Shown here: piece by piece, positions 14,261 to 28,429 of the stretch
Layout: the number at the start of each line of letters is the position of its first letter
Position numbering within the stretch: position 1 is the stretch's first letter
DNA from: Octopus vulgaris
Taxonomy: Eukaryota
Length of the DNA stretch: 64,000 nt
Direction: 5' to 3'
Assembly: GCA_951406725.2 (NCBI GenBank)
Contig: OX597816.1
Span: forward strand, 178,188,001-178,252,000
Translations under genes and position numbers: made by a program
Notes under the pieces: model-generated
The model's database searches: none
Seen by the model: the letters and a program-made list of their open reading frames with translations, nothing else
Told to the model about the DNA's origin: nothing

Positions 14261-14682
14261 TATGATAGTAAATAAAAACAACCTTTAAGTATGTGTCATT
14301 ACCCGATTAAAGAAAGGTATGATATTACCTGGACTGCAGGGAAGAGCATACATCAACAGTTGAAGTCATAGTTGTAGCAAAATATGAACTCGTGTGACCT
14401 GGCGTACACCACAGACAAATGCTCAAACAAACACATGCGCTAATTTACGTTGCCAAATATTTACACCGTCATCTTGACAATCTGAAGTTGTTATCTTGTT
14501 TTGTTTAATAAGAAGAAGAGAAACAGCTGCTTTGTTTGATGGCGCCATTAGAAGATATATAAAGCTTGGAAGTCATATATTCTCATATAAAATTGGGCCG
14601 ATATATAGAGCTGCAAAAATCTGCAAAAAGAGCTCTGACTCATGTTCACCTGGATGTACGTTAAATGGATAAGTTAAGCAAA

Positions 14683-14745
14683 GAGGAGGAGGAGGAGGAG
14701 GAGGAGGAGGAGGAGGAGGAGGAGGAGGAGGAGGAGGAGGAGGAG
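14683..14745 (+). repeat. (GAG)n microsatellite
   Basis: Direct observation. Confidence 0.95.
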
Positions 14746-15058
14746 AGAAAAAAGAGGGCAGACAGGGGGAGAAAAAGGAGGAAAATTAGGTGGTTTTGGT
14801 ACTTATGGTGTTTTGATGATCGCATTGGTTGATGGATTGTTTAACCTCATGTCAGCGCTGATCAAGCAGGTCTGTAAACAAAGGCGTTCCAGCATTGAAC
14901 AATCGAAGAAGCGATGAACATTCGAACCAGAAATTTCTAACAGATTCCATTTCGGCAGTAGAAAAATATATTGATTTGGCATTATGTAAGGTGGGGGACA
15001 CTATGAATTCTGTGATAAATAACATTGTTCAAATGTGTGTGTGTATATACACACACGT

Positions 15059-15096
<38 letters not shown>

Positions 15097-15100
<4 letters not shown>

Positions 15101-15565
15101 ACGTGTATAAATATAAACAAACTAACGTTTTTAAAAGCGTCGAAATGTGTATTGAAGAATACAAATTAGATGATATTTTTTCGAACGCAGAACTGCTGTT
15201 AGAACATCGGAAATACTGGGTAAATTACCCTTACAAAACAAACAAATTCGTCAACAACCAGCCATTGGATTCGAACCCATATCCTCAATGACCCCGGCTG
15301 AGTGCTTTACTATTAAGCTAAACTGTCCGCTGACAAGCTCATCTGCGTCTTTAGACGCTAGATAGCTAAATGTACACTCAACCGGAGTTTTTGAGGGATA
15401 TGGGTTGGAGTCCGATGGCTAGTTGTTGAATTGTTCTGCTTTGTAAGAGGAATTTACCCAGCGGTAAATCTGCGTTCGAAAAAAATCATCTAATTTGTAT
15501 CCTTCAATACACATTTTAACGTTTATAAAACAAACGTTAATTTGTTTGTATTTATACACGTTGTT
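15097..15565. mobile_element. Foldback element made of two inverted tRNA-headed units
   Basis: Arms ~15097-15320 and ~15360-15565 are diverged reverse complements. The inner ends carry A-box/B-box-like motifs. Confidence 0.75.
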
Positions 15566-15877
<312 letters not shown>

Positions 15878-15930
15878 ACAAAAATATATGTGTATATATA
15901 ATATACATACATGGATATATATATACATTT

Positions 15931-15995
<65 letters not shown>

Positions 15996-16078
15996 ACACA
16001 TATGTATGGATGTATACGTGTGTGACTGAAACAAGTAAAAAAAATATATACATACATATATAATCATATATACATATG

Positions 16079-16112
<34 letters not shown>

Positions 16113-16995
16113 TTTGTGTATGTGTGTGCGTGTGTCTGCGTGCGTGCGTGGGTATGTGTTTATAATTATTATAATGGACGGTGGAAAGCTGTTCATTATC
16201 ATAATTAATTCTTTACATATATGTGACATGTCTTACATATAAAGACGTCACAAAATTTTGTCTGCACAACGGCTGCAATAACGCCAACGCGTCTTTCGAG
16301 AAGCTGATCATAGCTGACAAGCAGGTTTCAAATGTTGACTAATGTAGTTTAGTAATTAGTGTATTTAGAGTAGTTTTGATTATTTAGGAGCTAAATAAAA
16401 CAACCGGATTTAGTTATTTTTATGCATATATAAAGATATATATACATATTGTAATGATGCATGTTTGTGTAGGGAAAAACCTGATATTCAAAATAATTTA
16501 GGATTTGACACAATGAATTCTATTGAAGAAATTTTGAATGGAGACTGACACCAGTTTTATTCTCTTCTATATTTTTTTGCATTACCTTTCCCATGAACAT
16601 TCTAGAAAGTAATAGCTTGTTGAGTCAATAGAATTCCGACCTACTTGTCGAACAAGGCGTTTGCCAGTTCAAATCTCTCGTTACTGGTGCTTACGCTACA
16701 TTCTAAAGAACTATGATATTGTGAGGCGTTTTACCGCCATTTTTGTGCGTTTTTCAGACCTGAAAGCAAGAAAGCATTACATCTCTCTATACTTCGAATC
16801 AATGTTAACTAGTATCACCTCTATATTGGTAGTATTTCACCAACAACAAGCACTACATGACCTTGAGTAGGATATTACTGTACTATATTACCTGAAAGAT
16901 AAGACATATAAAAAGGAAATGGGACTGAAGACTACCCAAAGCCATTTGCTCCTTCTTTAAGACATAAACATTCATGTTTGTATCATCATTATAAA

Positions 16996-17230
16996 GGTGG
17001 TGAACTGGTAGAATCGTTAGCACGCTGAACAAAATGCTTAGAGGTATTTCGTCCATCTTTACGTTCTGAGTTCAAATTCCGCCGAGGTCGACATTGCCTT
17101 CCATTCTTTCGGAGTCGATAAAATAAGTACCAGTGAAGCACTGGGGTCGATGTAATTGATTAACTCTCCACACAAAGCAATTTCAGGCCTTGCGCCTGAA
17201 ATTGCTTTGTGAGGAGAGTTATATAGAAAG
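16996..17230 (+). mobile_element. Meta-domain SINE (non-Tx1 tail) with a foldback in its tail
   Basis: Head GGTGGTGAACTGG, Meta domain, and a 28-bp inverted repeat at 17161-17221. Confidence 0.8.
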
Positions 17231-17324
<94 letters not shown>

Positions 17325-17326
17325 AT

Positions 17327-17512
17327 AACCAGCCGAAATTGCAAAGATAGTCTAGAACTCGACTGAAAAAGAAAACACCGAATGACCCGTCCTTGTTTTT
17401 ATTTTTTGTTTTTTTATCGTCTGTCTGAATGTTTTGCATCCTTGTCCCATTTTTTGTATTCCCTTTGATATAAATATAGTGGCGTACGTACACTTTGGTC
17501 TCTTATATGTAA

Positions 17513-17588
<76 letters not shown>

Positions 17589-18281
17589 TTTGTACGACTC
17601 TATTATCCTTTCGTTCTTTTCTTCTTTCCCTTCAAACTTACTTCGTTCTCTCTACTCTTCTTTCTTTCGTCCCCCCTCTCTCACATTTCCTGGCTTTCTA
17701 TTCATCCTCACCTTCCTTCCACTTTCACTTTACTCTGTCCCTTTTTTTCTCGTCCCTCCCTAATTCTTCTATCTCTCTGCCTCTACCTCTCTCTCTTCTC
17801 TCTCCACGTGACCGGTGTTCGGCCAAGCTTCTTTCTTGGTTCGACTACCATCGGTGCAACATCTATATTCCTCCCTATGCTGTCATCTCTTATGTCCCTG
17901 CCGTAAGGCTTCACTTCCACACACGCCAGCTGAATTTATTTCGTCCTTAGTCGAAAGACTCCTATTGTTATGTTCTGTTATTTGCATTTGTATTTGTGTA
18001 ACATTCTCCGTTTTTTCGTCCCTGTTTTCGTATACATTTGTTGCTTTCTTCCAAGGAATCTAATGCTCTTAGCTTAGTTTTTCCTTGAGGCTGGCCAGAT
18101 TGGAGCAATCTCGAGTATAACCAGCCGAAATTGCAAAGATAATCTGGAACTCGACTGAAGAAACAAAACACCGAATGACCTGTCCTTTTTTTTGTATCGT
18201 CTGTCGGGATGCCTTGTTGTCCCTTTTTTTGTATCATCTAACTGTCTGGATGTTTTGCGTTCTTGTCCCACGTTTTGTATT

Positions 18282-18285
<4 letters not shown>
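17327..18285 (+). mobile_element. Unclassified repeat with ~150-bp direct terminal repeats (partial tandem, Penelope-like architecture)
   Basis: 17327-17470 resembles 18117-18285 (AACCAGCCGAAATTGCAAAGAT...GTATTCCCT). Flanked by (TA)n on both sides. Confidence 0.6.
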
Positions 18286-18358
<73 letters not shown>

Positions 18359-18589
18359 CATTATAAAAGTAAAGGAATTGTTTTGACTGCAACAGTTACT
18401 GGGGAAATTTCTTGGTAGCAGTTGTAACGTATTTGTTATGTACAATAAATAAGATAACCAGACAGCAGTAAAAACAATGTAACGAACTAAGAAGTCTCTT
18501 TACGAACTAACAATCAATATTCCTTGTGAATTAACCGACTCCTTCCGACTTCACTGCGAACTAACACGAACTTCACTCGACTCCGAACA

Positions 18590-20493
18590 TTTTCTTTATT
18601 TGCCCACTAGGGGCTACAGAGAGGGAACAATACAAGACGTACAAAACATAAAATGAGAGGAGTTCGTTAACTTTAACAATGAAATCGGATGAGAAATCGA
18701 AAGTCGAAGAAATGAATGATGATGAAAGTTTTAAAATTTATGATTTCCTATTAGGAAATTAACCCTATTCACAATATAGGGTCTAATTGATCCGCCGGTT
18801 TTTCTCTCGACTGGCTATACTAGCCCGCTCCCAATTACCGGTAGCATTCTTACTACAGAAATCCATATTTTCGCAAATATACTTTGTGACAGGCGCCTTC
18901 TCTCTAGACGGATCTTACTATACAGGTGGTAGTTAAAGTAACTTACCAGCCCACGTCCAGAGATGAAGGTATCTGTCGCAATTCCCTTTTCACGCGTCTT
19001 CAATACTGTCTCTTTCAGTATGGCCACTACACAGAAAAACTCGCCTACATTTCCTTCTTAAAGGAGGGGCGGTACAATTTTTATGATAGATTCTGCCAAT
19101 AGTCGTATGTCTCTAGTTGGCATCAGCTGACCGACATAGGCTATCAGCCCCTTTATTTCCTCACACTGCACGCAGGCTCGCACCTCGGGCATGTTGCAGG
19201 TGTGCCAAAACTGTGTCTTGACAGCCTCTTTCGAACAGATAAAACCGATCGGTAGCACAACCAAGTCAGGGATTTCTGGTAATTATCCAGCTACCCCAAC
19301 CCGAAGTCCTTCCGAACAGGTTGATCAACTGATTTCTATCGAAGCCTATAGAAATCCGCGGTGGCACCCCAGTTGCCAGTATTACCCGCCCGGGAGAGCA
19401 GTGTGAGTGCTTGTCTGCACTCTAACTGCCAATCACCAATTCTAGGTCTACGCCTGATCCGTGTGCTTAAAACCCGCAGGGACGTTAATTGCAGGACAAA
19501 GAACTTTACGTGCAGTGAACACACCTGCTCACCATCCAGATAGAGCCAGAGGTGCATCAAACTCAGCGAGAACTTGCGCATCATCAGTCAAGGCATCCCT
19601 AGCCCACCCTTTAACGGCTTTTGACAGCAGATAGAACGCCTCACAAGTAGTCTCCCCCTCCACAAAAAGCAGCAGGGGAGCCGTTCCAACTTGTTCGGCC
19701 ACAACCTAGGGCAAGGCACAACGGTCAGCTGGTAGGTTATCACAGATGCTATAAACACCTGTACAACCTCCGTTTTACCTAGCAAAGATAATGCCCTTCC
19801 AGACCAGGTCTGTGTTAGGACAGTCACCTTGCTTGTGACCTCGCTCCAGTTTTTCTCTATCTGGTGATCTGGTCCAAACCAGACCCAAAGTAACGACGTT
19901 ATTGGATAGCATCGGCTTGACCCTCCAGGTGCCGAGTTGCAAGCCGAGTGAGTTGTTCTGGTTAATTTTTGCTCCTACCACTCTGTATCCTTTGATGGCG
20001 TTTTCTACACAAGGTAGCTGCCCTTTATCAGACACAATGATAGTGACATCATCCACATACACAGTTGTTCCTCTCCCGTAGCATAGATGACGCGGATTAC
20101 TCGCCGACGCCTCCAACCTTCGTAGTAGTGCCTCAAGAGCCAGAACATACAAAAGCGGGGACAGGGAGCAACCCTGGCGAACTGAACGCTCGATAACGAA
20201 CGATTTCGAAAAAAACCGTTCACCCGGACGATGGATTCGATATCTCTATACATATCGTTGATCCAGCCATGGAAAGTCGGGCCCAGTCCGATCGTTTGGA
20301 GGACCGCCGCCAGATACCAATGGTCAACTCTATCGAATACTTTTGAATGGTCTAAATTTACCAGTGCCCTACCTTCACCAGGAATTTTACCCGCCCTCTC
20401 TAAAGCGTAGCGTATGAGGTGAAAGGTTGTTGTGTATCGTCCTGTCAGGGATGGCGCATGTTTGCGCCTCTCCAACAAGACCGCCCACGACAA
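18590..20493 (-). mobile_element. Degenerate 5'-truncated Tx1/L1-clade LINE
   Basis: RT fragments LVNLDHSKVFDRVDH, YVDDVTII, KINQNNSLGL, LKGGLGMP. 3' tail GCCCCTAGTGGGCAAATAAAGAAA. Confidence 0.9.
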
Positions 20494-20499
20494 GCCCTG

Positions 20500-22456
20500 A
20501 AATTACTAACTCAAACCAGCAAACTAGGTACACAGAACCCTATGAAGGTGGTCCACTATAAATGATTACGTCAGCAATGAACTGTTAGGTGGAATACTAG
20601 AACAATATCTATTACAATTACATCAACCTTTCCACGAAAGAGCTCCTCTTCCCAAAATTATTAACACGAACAAGAGCAGACAAGAAATCAAATGAGTTGA
20701 TCAAGTCCTTGGAAAGCTGATACGACAACTCCTTGAGAATAGTAGAGAATATGCCCTGAAAAGTGGTTGATCAACTCATTTACTCAGCTGCTTGTGTTGC
20801 GACTCAGAAATGCGGTATTAAAATTAGAGATAGACCGGCAAATAATCGAACTAAAGCCAATATATCTTTTGTACTTGAAGCAAGCAAAGGGAAAACAAAT
20901 AAACCCAACAAACTAATAAGAATAATTGCTAAACATGACCTTTACAAGAAAACAAAGGATACACAGATTGAAATCCTCAATCAAAAACTACAATTAAAAA
21001 CCAAACGACTAGCAAGACAAAAAACGCTCAACATAGACAAAACATACTATTCAAGAACACAAAAAAAAATCTACGGGGAACTGGGGGAAAATACCATTAT
21101 TGTGAAAGCACCTCCTCCCCAGTAGCAAGCTGAAGATTTTTCGAAAAATATTTGGAGTAATCCAAAGGAGTTTAATCAGAACGTACATTGGGCCAGGGAC
21201 ATAGAAGAAGCCAATTCCCACCTCAAATATCAAGAATGGCAGGATATAACAACTGAAGAAGTGAAAGCGGCGCTCGCCATGTCAAAGAAAGGGAAATCCC
21301 CAGGTATAGATAAGATTCCAAATTTTTAACTAAACTCTTTAATAAGCGCTCACCACAGCTTAAGTCATATCCAAAGTGGCTTACCGAAAGGATTACATAT
21401 CTCTTATCAAAAACAGAAAAAACTACTAACCCCCAAAAATACCGACCCATAACATGCCTCACCACCATATATGAACTGTTAATATCTATAATAGCGTATG
21501 AATTCTTGGACAACAGCAAGTTATTCCCAGTGGAACAAAAGGGATGCAAAAGGAGTTCATATAGATGTAAGGACCAATTATTGATTGATAAAATGGTCAC
21601 TGAAAATTGCAAATCCAAACGAAGAAACCTTGGCACCGTTTTGATAGATTTCAAGACGGCTTTTGACAGTGTCCCCCATACATGGATCATCAAGGCCCTG
21701 GAAATTTACAAGATAGCGCCAACAATTGTGAACTTGTAAAAGTAATCAGGAGTTCGTGGAGAACCACCTTTATTTTAAACCATGCACAAGGATAGACCAC
21801 CTCACATCAATATCGCCTGTCGTATCTTTCAAGGTGATTCATTAACACCATTACTATTTTACCTCGCTCTGTTCCCATTATCCACGCAACTGAATAATGC
21901 TAAGAAAGGGTGTAAGGTCTTTGACCAGAAAATTAATCACCTACTCTATATGGATGATCTAAAACTGTCTGCCAAAAACGACAAAGCTTTAGAAGAACTC
22001 CTGAATATTTTCAAATAATTCAGCTCTGATATAAGTATGGAATTCGGACTTGATAAGTGTGCAAAGGCTACTTTCAAAGCAGGGAAGTTCATAAAGCCAG
22101 AAAACATAGAACTTGATACTACCACCGTCATTCGAAACCAAGACCAATCCGAAGTATACAAATATCTGGGAACCAATGAAAGTGATGGTATCCTGCACTC
22201 CTCTAAAATGAAAAAGAAAATCCGTAAGGAATGCTACCGAAGGGTAAGAATAGTCCTAAACTCAGAATTAAATGCTGTTAACAGAATTAATGCAATCATT
22301 CCTTTGACTATACCAGTAACCACATATAGCTTCGGTATCATTAAGTGGGGTCTAACTAAGATGCAGAATATGGATGGAAAGATCCGTAAAATCCTTACAA
22401 AGTACCAAAATCCTTACAGGGATCCAAAACCAGATGTGAACAGGATTACATCATAG
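20500..22456 (+). mobile_element. Degenerate Dong/R4-clade LINE (RT region)
   Basis: YRPITCL, EQKGCKRSSYRCKDQLLIDK, IDFKTAFDSVPHTWI, IFQGDSL, HLLYMDDLKL, MEFGLDKCAK and YKYLG, with stops and frameshifts. Confidence 0.9.
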
Positions 22457-23818
22457 AACGCTATTATTCTCCCTTTTTCGTCGGTTAAACCCTAAGGGAA
22501 CTTAATATACCTCCTCTCTAGATGTGTATTTCTCAAAACTTTTAATACATTTCTTCGTGTTACTTATGTCGTGTCTATTCACCTGTTGTCATTCTTTCAA
22601 CCACCGCTGCTCCTATTGTTACTGCTGAGACGTCAATTAACTTCTTTTCAACCGTTCCAGCTACTGTTTAATATTTCTCCGATCAACATATGGCAAACTT
22701 TAAAAAAGTCACTTTTGATTCATTTTGTGAAAGGATTTCCCTACTTATAAACTAAGCTTTCTTCACCTCCTAACTAAATGATGTAAACATGAAATTGCAA
22801 CATGGTTATTTTTTTATATATATTTTGCAGCTGTGGAATTTCGATATTAACTGGAGCTCAAGAATTAGACGTCTGTCTTCACAGTAATTTTATAATAACG
22901 ATTATTTTTAATTTAGGCACTAGGTCAACAATTTTGAGAGAAGGGAATCGACCCCAATACTTGACTAAGTACTTTATTTTATTGGCCTCAGAGCGATGAA
23001 AGGTATAATTGATCTCGCTAGGGTTTGAACTGAGAGACAAAGTGTTCAATCTGGCGTTCAACTATTTGCGAAGATGCTACCTTTCATATGGCATCGGCGG
23101 AATTGTTAGAGCTCGGATAGGATTCTAGTTCTTTGCCGCTGACGACTGCCATGACATTGATGACAAGCTGTATCAAGGCTTGCCTTTCCCTTAGAAAAAC
23201 ACTGGCCGCCCGAAAGGAAAGACTTACATTCATGGCCAATTGCTTGCCTTCAAAAAACTATTTTGCCCAAGCCTCACCTCAGTATGTATCTATGGTCTCA
23301 TGAAATTTACAAAAAGCTTAATAGGCCCTCAATAACGATTCTTAATATAATCACAGGATAGAGTTGATTGCATCAACCTCAGTACTTATTGATATTCATT
23401 TTACCGACCTTGAAAGTGTAAAAAACAAAATATATCTCGGTTAAGAATTGGGCTCGGGATACGGAGACGTATCTAAAGATACGCATTAATAATAAAAGCA
23501 ATTGATATAATCAGTTTCAATCACTCCAAGTGTTATTTTCATTTGTAGTGTTTTAGTCAGGTACATATCAGGTACATCGACGTGTGCCCAGCTCCTTTCT
23601 GTATCAAAGAACCAGGTGGACACTTTGATGGAAGCCTGTTACAACCGAAAACCTCTTCGCCAATATTTTAATAGAGGTTTTTACCAAAGGATGACTAATA
23701 TTAATGTGGCTAAAATCGACCAGTTGGAAAATACTGAAGAGTATCAGATAAAACGTTTTCATTTATTCCCTCTTTCAAATCATTCTACAGTCGGTTTCTG
23801 CCTTTTGATTATATAAAA

Positions 23819-24331
23819 CTAGCAGTATCGCCCGGCGTTGCTCGGGTTTGTAAGGGAAATAACTATATAAGCATTTTTAGAGAGTTACTTCCCTCATAGA
23901 TGCCAATTCGGGCTTTCTTAGCCATTTCTGTTTTGGTGTCTTCAAGCCATGAAGTCGTTGTTCTAAAAGAACGCTGGTCTCCTTGACAACGCATTACGAC
24001 GTTGATTTCCTTACACTCCCTTCCCCACAGCTTCACGAGGGAGGGAAGAAGGGGGAGAAGCAAACAGGTGCAGCTGTGACCATGGACGCCAACTCCGCCG
24101 CCATCGACACACGAAAAATTATGCATTAAAATGGAATAAAAAATGATGTTAAATTATTTTTAAAATCGTAGACTCATCGTAGACGCGCGCTAATAGCCAG
24201 ACGGTCTCGATATTAATCACGACTATAAGATGCCCGAATTTGGTTAAACTGCACCGCAAAATGTGGGAGGAGTTAGGAATCTAAATCGTAGGAGACCGAC
24301 ACTCACACAACTACAGTTTTATATATATAGA
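23819..24331 (-). mobile_element. Non-autonomous Helitron (type A, with a distinct internal segment)
   Basis: TC...hairpin-CTAG. The internal segment ~23895-24115 is absent from the other copies. Confidence 0.85.
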
Positions 24332-26479
24332 TAGGAAGCAATAATATACTTCCTATCCGTAAAAATTTACCTTAAATCCATAAAAATGTAGCTTAAATCT
24401 AATAAAACCAAATCAATATCGGGGAAAACTAGCTCCTTTCTCCAAAATATGGATATTTTAATATTCCAGAGCTAATTGCGAAACCATTTTCAACGATCAT
24501 TGTAGTTTTACGAAGTTGACACAATACTTACTCCTTTTGATCGGTTTCTTACTCTCGTGTCATTGTTATCTATTGCGTGCGATTTCTGCGGTCTGTCTTT
24601 TGTCTGATATTGCTCAAAATAGAGCCGGTGATATTGAACTGCATTGATAGTCTTCCATTTTCTTTAAAGTTTTGAGTTTTGCTATCATTAATACATTAGC
24701 TCTCTCTGATATACAATTAAGATTATTCACTCTCTGAAAACAGAATGGAGAATTGTTTCATTCACTACTTTTCTATCCATTACGCCTTATAGTTTGTCTT
24801 TATTTTTTTCTTAACTGTTGACATTTCGTGTTAGTGTTGTGTGTACATGCGCGTGCGTCACTATTTCCTTATTGCATGTTTATTGTCTGGTTATACGTAT
24901 CCATGTATTTACTTCTGTTGATGCCGTATGTTTACTTGAAGTATTTCTGACAAGTATGTCATTGCTTCTTCATAGAACTGGATTTTGTAGCGTTCGTTTA
25001 TTTTCAATATTTTTAATAATCTGTTTTTCACTTTGCCTGTATGTTTTAACGCAACTGTAGACATCGTTAACAATGCAATCTTCGACTGAATACATAGGAT
25101 CTTATGTATATTTGCTGACGAATACCACAATAACGCGGCAGCTTCTACGTGGTCTCTCGACCTGCTACTAAAGCAGCAGTCGAATTTCCCAGGGATAATG
25201 TAGTTCTAGATACATTATGTGTGAAGGAAAAATAAAGGTAGTGTAGTCACGGCTAGAACGTCTTCGATCATACGTCCTCTCGATCGCAGAAGACCTGAAT
25301 CTAAACAACTATAACATTAAAAGAACGCACGACTTCTTTTCCTTAAACACCATGTCTTCGTGATATAAATACATAATCCACTCAGTGACTTCTCGGCTGC
25401 ATTTTACTCTCTTACAACTTGTGATAACAAATTGAACCGCTCCACTTTAGCTATATTTCTAATATCTCTAATATGAAGTCTAGCCAAAATTTTAAAACCT
25501 GACCACCTTTCGACCATAATTCATAAACATAAAACCTTTTTTTCTTTTTGCATGGCAGCAGAAAATTATTCTGCTGTTATGGAATCGGTAAATCAAAACT
25601 GTTTATCGACTTTCTCATCACACAAAGCAGCCATGTCACTTTCACTGTGATTATAAGAAAGAAAATGAAATAAGTTGTTACGGATATGTGTAGTTGTTTA
25701 TTGATATGTCGTGCTTCGGTTGAAATATAGACGGATATAGATGGATTAGATGTCGTTTATCTAGTGTCACTAAGTGTGTAATGGATTTGTTGAAAAGACC
25801 GTGAAATAAATGACAGAAGGAAAATAATTGTTGAATGAGCCCCTATTTTACCGTTACGATATAAAGGGCAACTGCCTTGAGTTGTTGTACAACGATTAGT
25901 TGAACTTCTGAGGTTCATTTCATAGATAACTGTGTTCATCTGTATGATTGCTAGAAGACGGATAGAAGAAAGATAAAGAAAGATTAATAGAGATTACCTC
26001 TCTGGTTAGACGAGTAGAGATGGTGAAAGTTGTATAGTCCCTTGGTGACATGTTATGCATGAAGTACTCCTTTGGTCAGGCGCCATGTGAAAGAAGCATG
26101 CTCTTCGATGAGGCGCCGAAATAAGAGGAAGATTTTACTAAGGGTTCTGTATTTACATTTTCCTACATAAATTAGGTCAGGCTAAACAAAGGATTTTTCG
26201 CCTGTTATCTGCTCTGAACTAAGGATCTTCAGAAGCAATAGGACTTATCTAAATATAACGGTTGACTCTCATAAATTTCTTAGCGCAAATGATGAGAAAA
26301 ATTGAAAGGGATTCATAGAAAAATATAGACTAGGTTTCGAACTGTGGCTAAGAAAGCAATTCGCTTCAAAATCATTTACTAGTTCGAGTTTGGCAGTTCA
26401 AAAAGAATAACATACTCGGAAACAACAGAAAATATTTGATTTGTGAATCGTACGTAGAATAGGGAGAATCCAAACAATA

Positions 26480-26900
26480 ACTTATCTATTCAGTCTTCAT
26501 ATGTTCTGACAGATTTGAACATGAATATCTGATCGTTGTTGTTTTTCCTCATCGGAGAGCCTCTTCTTTAAGATGTGGTCATAACAGACGAGATTCACTG
26601 GTGGGAAAATATTTGACTGACATGCTACACTCATCATCGTCACTTTGTCCCAATCCGGCGGCAAACACCATCGCCATTGCAATTTTCACTTCACCCTATC
26701 GTTATTTATCTTTCCTTAGCGACTAATATCAACACGACATGCCTCACGCTAACACACACGCCAGCGAGTCTTGTTTCAGATAGGACTGCGATGTGCACAC
26801 TGTAACGATTAAGCTCCCTACTCTAGTGAGGAGCGGTGTGCCAATGGGGGTCTGTCCTTCATCCAGGTACAGGAGTGTGTGCACATTCCAAGTTTTCTTA
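26480..26900 (-). mobile_element. RTE-clade LINE AP-endonuclease remnant
   Basis: TWNVHTLL...RELNRYSVHIAVLSETRLAG...NDRV...SDEEK. Confidence 0.75.
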
Positions 26901-27155
26901 AGGGAAGTTTTCTTTTTCTTGTTCTTGCTATTGTCGTCCTCAGGAGGCACATTCAAAGTGTTATTATATATAGAGATTTACTCCTCCTGTATGTGTGTAT
27001 TTTATAAGAGAAAGACATTTAGTGATTGAAGTAGAAAATTGAAGTAGAAAAAAGCTCAATACACGAATTTCTGTTTGTTTATTATATGGCAATAATAAGT
27101 GAGCTGTACATGTTATTTTATATATCATTACAGTAATAGCAGTTATATAATACAC

Positions 27156-27273
27156 AAGGTTTTGGTCGGCACGGAGCTGTAATGAAAGAGAATTGCCCAA
27201 CGCGCGGCACAGTGGGACTGAACCCAAGGCGACATGGTTGGAAAGCAAGCTTCTCAACCACACATCCACGCCT
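27156..27273 (-). mobile_element. CORE-type SINE 5' fragment
   Basis: Diverged match to the head of 63318-63722. Confidence 0.65.
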
Positions 27274-27508
27274 ATAAAGGAAAGATACATTTTGGATAAT
27301 ATACTCCTTTTTACAAGAATGCTAAACAAAAAGAAGGAACCTTTGACTTTGATATTTACTCGAGCAACGCAACAACTAACAATGCTACACCATTCAGGCT
27401 GTTCCAGGATTACTGATCTGTTTCGGTGAAATTGATCAGAATTTTAAAAACTGACAGAATTTTATGTTTATTACTTAATTATGATACCAAAACAAATAGA
27501 TTTATAAA

Positions 27509-27883
27509 TCTCTCTATATATAAACGGCAGTTTGTCTGTGCGTGTTTCTGTGTGTCTGTTTGCTTGTACCCTCACCCTGACCACGGCTTTCAACCGATTC
27601 TGATGAAACTTAACACACATATAGCCCAATGTCATAATTCAAAACTAACGCAGAGAAAATTTTGAAAAGTTTCCCCAGTTCTGAAAAAAATCGATAAATT
27701 CGACATGGGGTCGAGAATCAGAAACACAAACCACAGACTGTCTAGGGGACGCAAATCGACCGTTTTAACTCTCAAAAAAAAATTTACCATAATTTTTTTT
27801 CCATTTTTTTGGATATAACACTCTAAAAATGCTTTATAGTTATTTCCCTTACAAACCCGAGCAACGCCGGGCGATACTGCTAG
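27509..27883 (+). mobile_element. Non-autonomous Helitron (type B)
   Basis: A|TC...hairpin CTAG|T. Confidence 0.88.
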
Positions 27884-28429
27884 TCTTACGATAAACTTTT
27901 AGTGAAAATGGTCAATACGTCTATATCCCTGCATACATAAAATCTCTCCTTGAAGCGTTTCAGGAGTTAGCTCCTGCACTGCTGAATGTGTTCTTTAAGC
28001 TCAGCTAAGCGATTGCTCCATCTTGGAGGTAAAGAAAATGGAGGAAAAGAAAATCTTGGATGGAGGTAAAGAAAATCTTTGCTGCCATATTGAAAAAAAA
28101 GCTGTCGTGGACAAATAAGAGGGATCTAACAGGAATGAAAATAAAATTATTTAAAAAATTATAAAAATTATAAAATTATAAACAAAATTCAAAATTATAC
28201 ACTTTTAACAGACATTAAACGTGTTTTAACAAACATTAAACGTGATAAGCATAAATAAAAGTGAGTTTTAAAAAAATTATACATCAATCTCTATTTTTGT
28301 AAGCAGTTGTATGTCTTTATTTTTGTATGCAGTGCAAATTAACAAAATAGAAGCACGAACTGCTAATTTAACGGTACACGCCACAGTAATTATTATAGAT
28401 AAATTTCACGTTTATATATTTGTTTTGCA

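Noticed and set aside
18070-18140. Possible hammerhead (GGCTGG...CCAGCC-GAAA)
   Set aside because: No CUGAnGA-like core or stem III/cleavage triplet could be assigned.
25757-26162. Exon-like minus-strand segment (AG at 26163, GT at 25997) with an in-frame TGA, suggesting a selenoprotein
   Set aside because: No recognisable selenoprotein motif or SECIS, the implied next intron is only 47-68 nt, and I recognise no homology.
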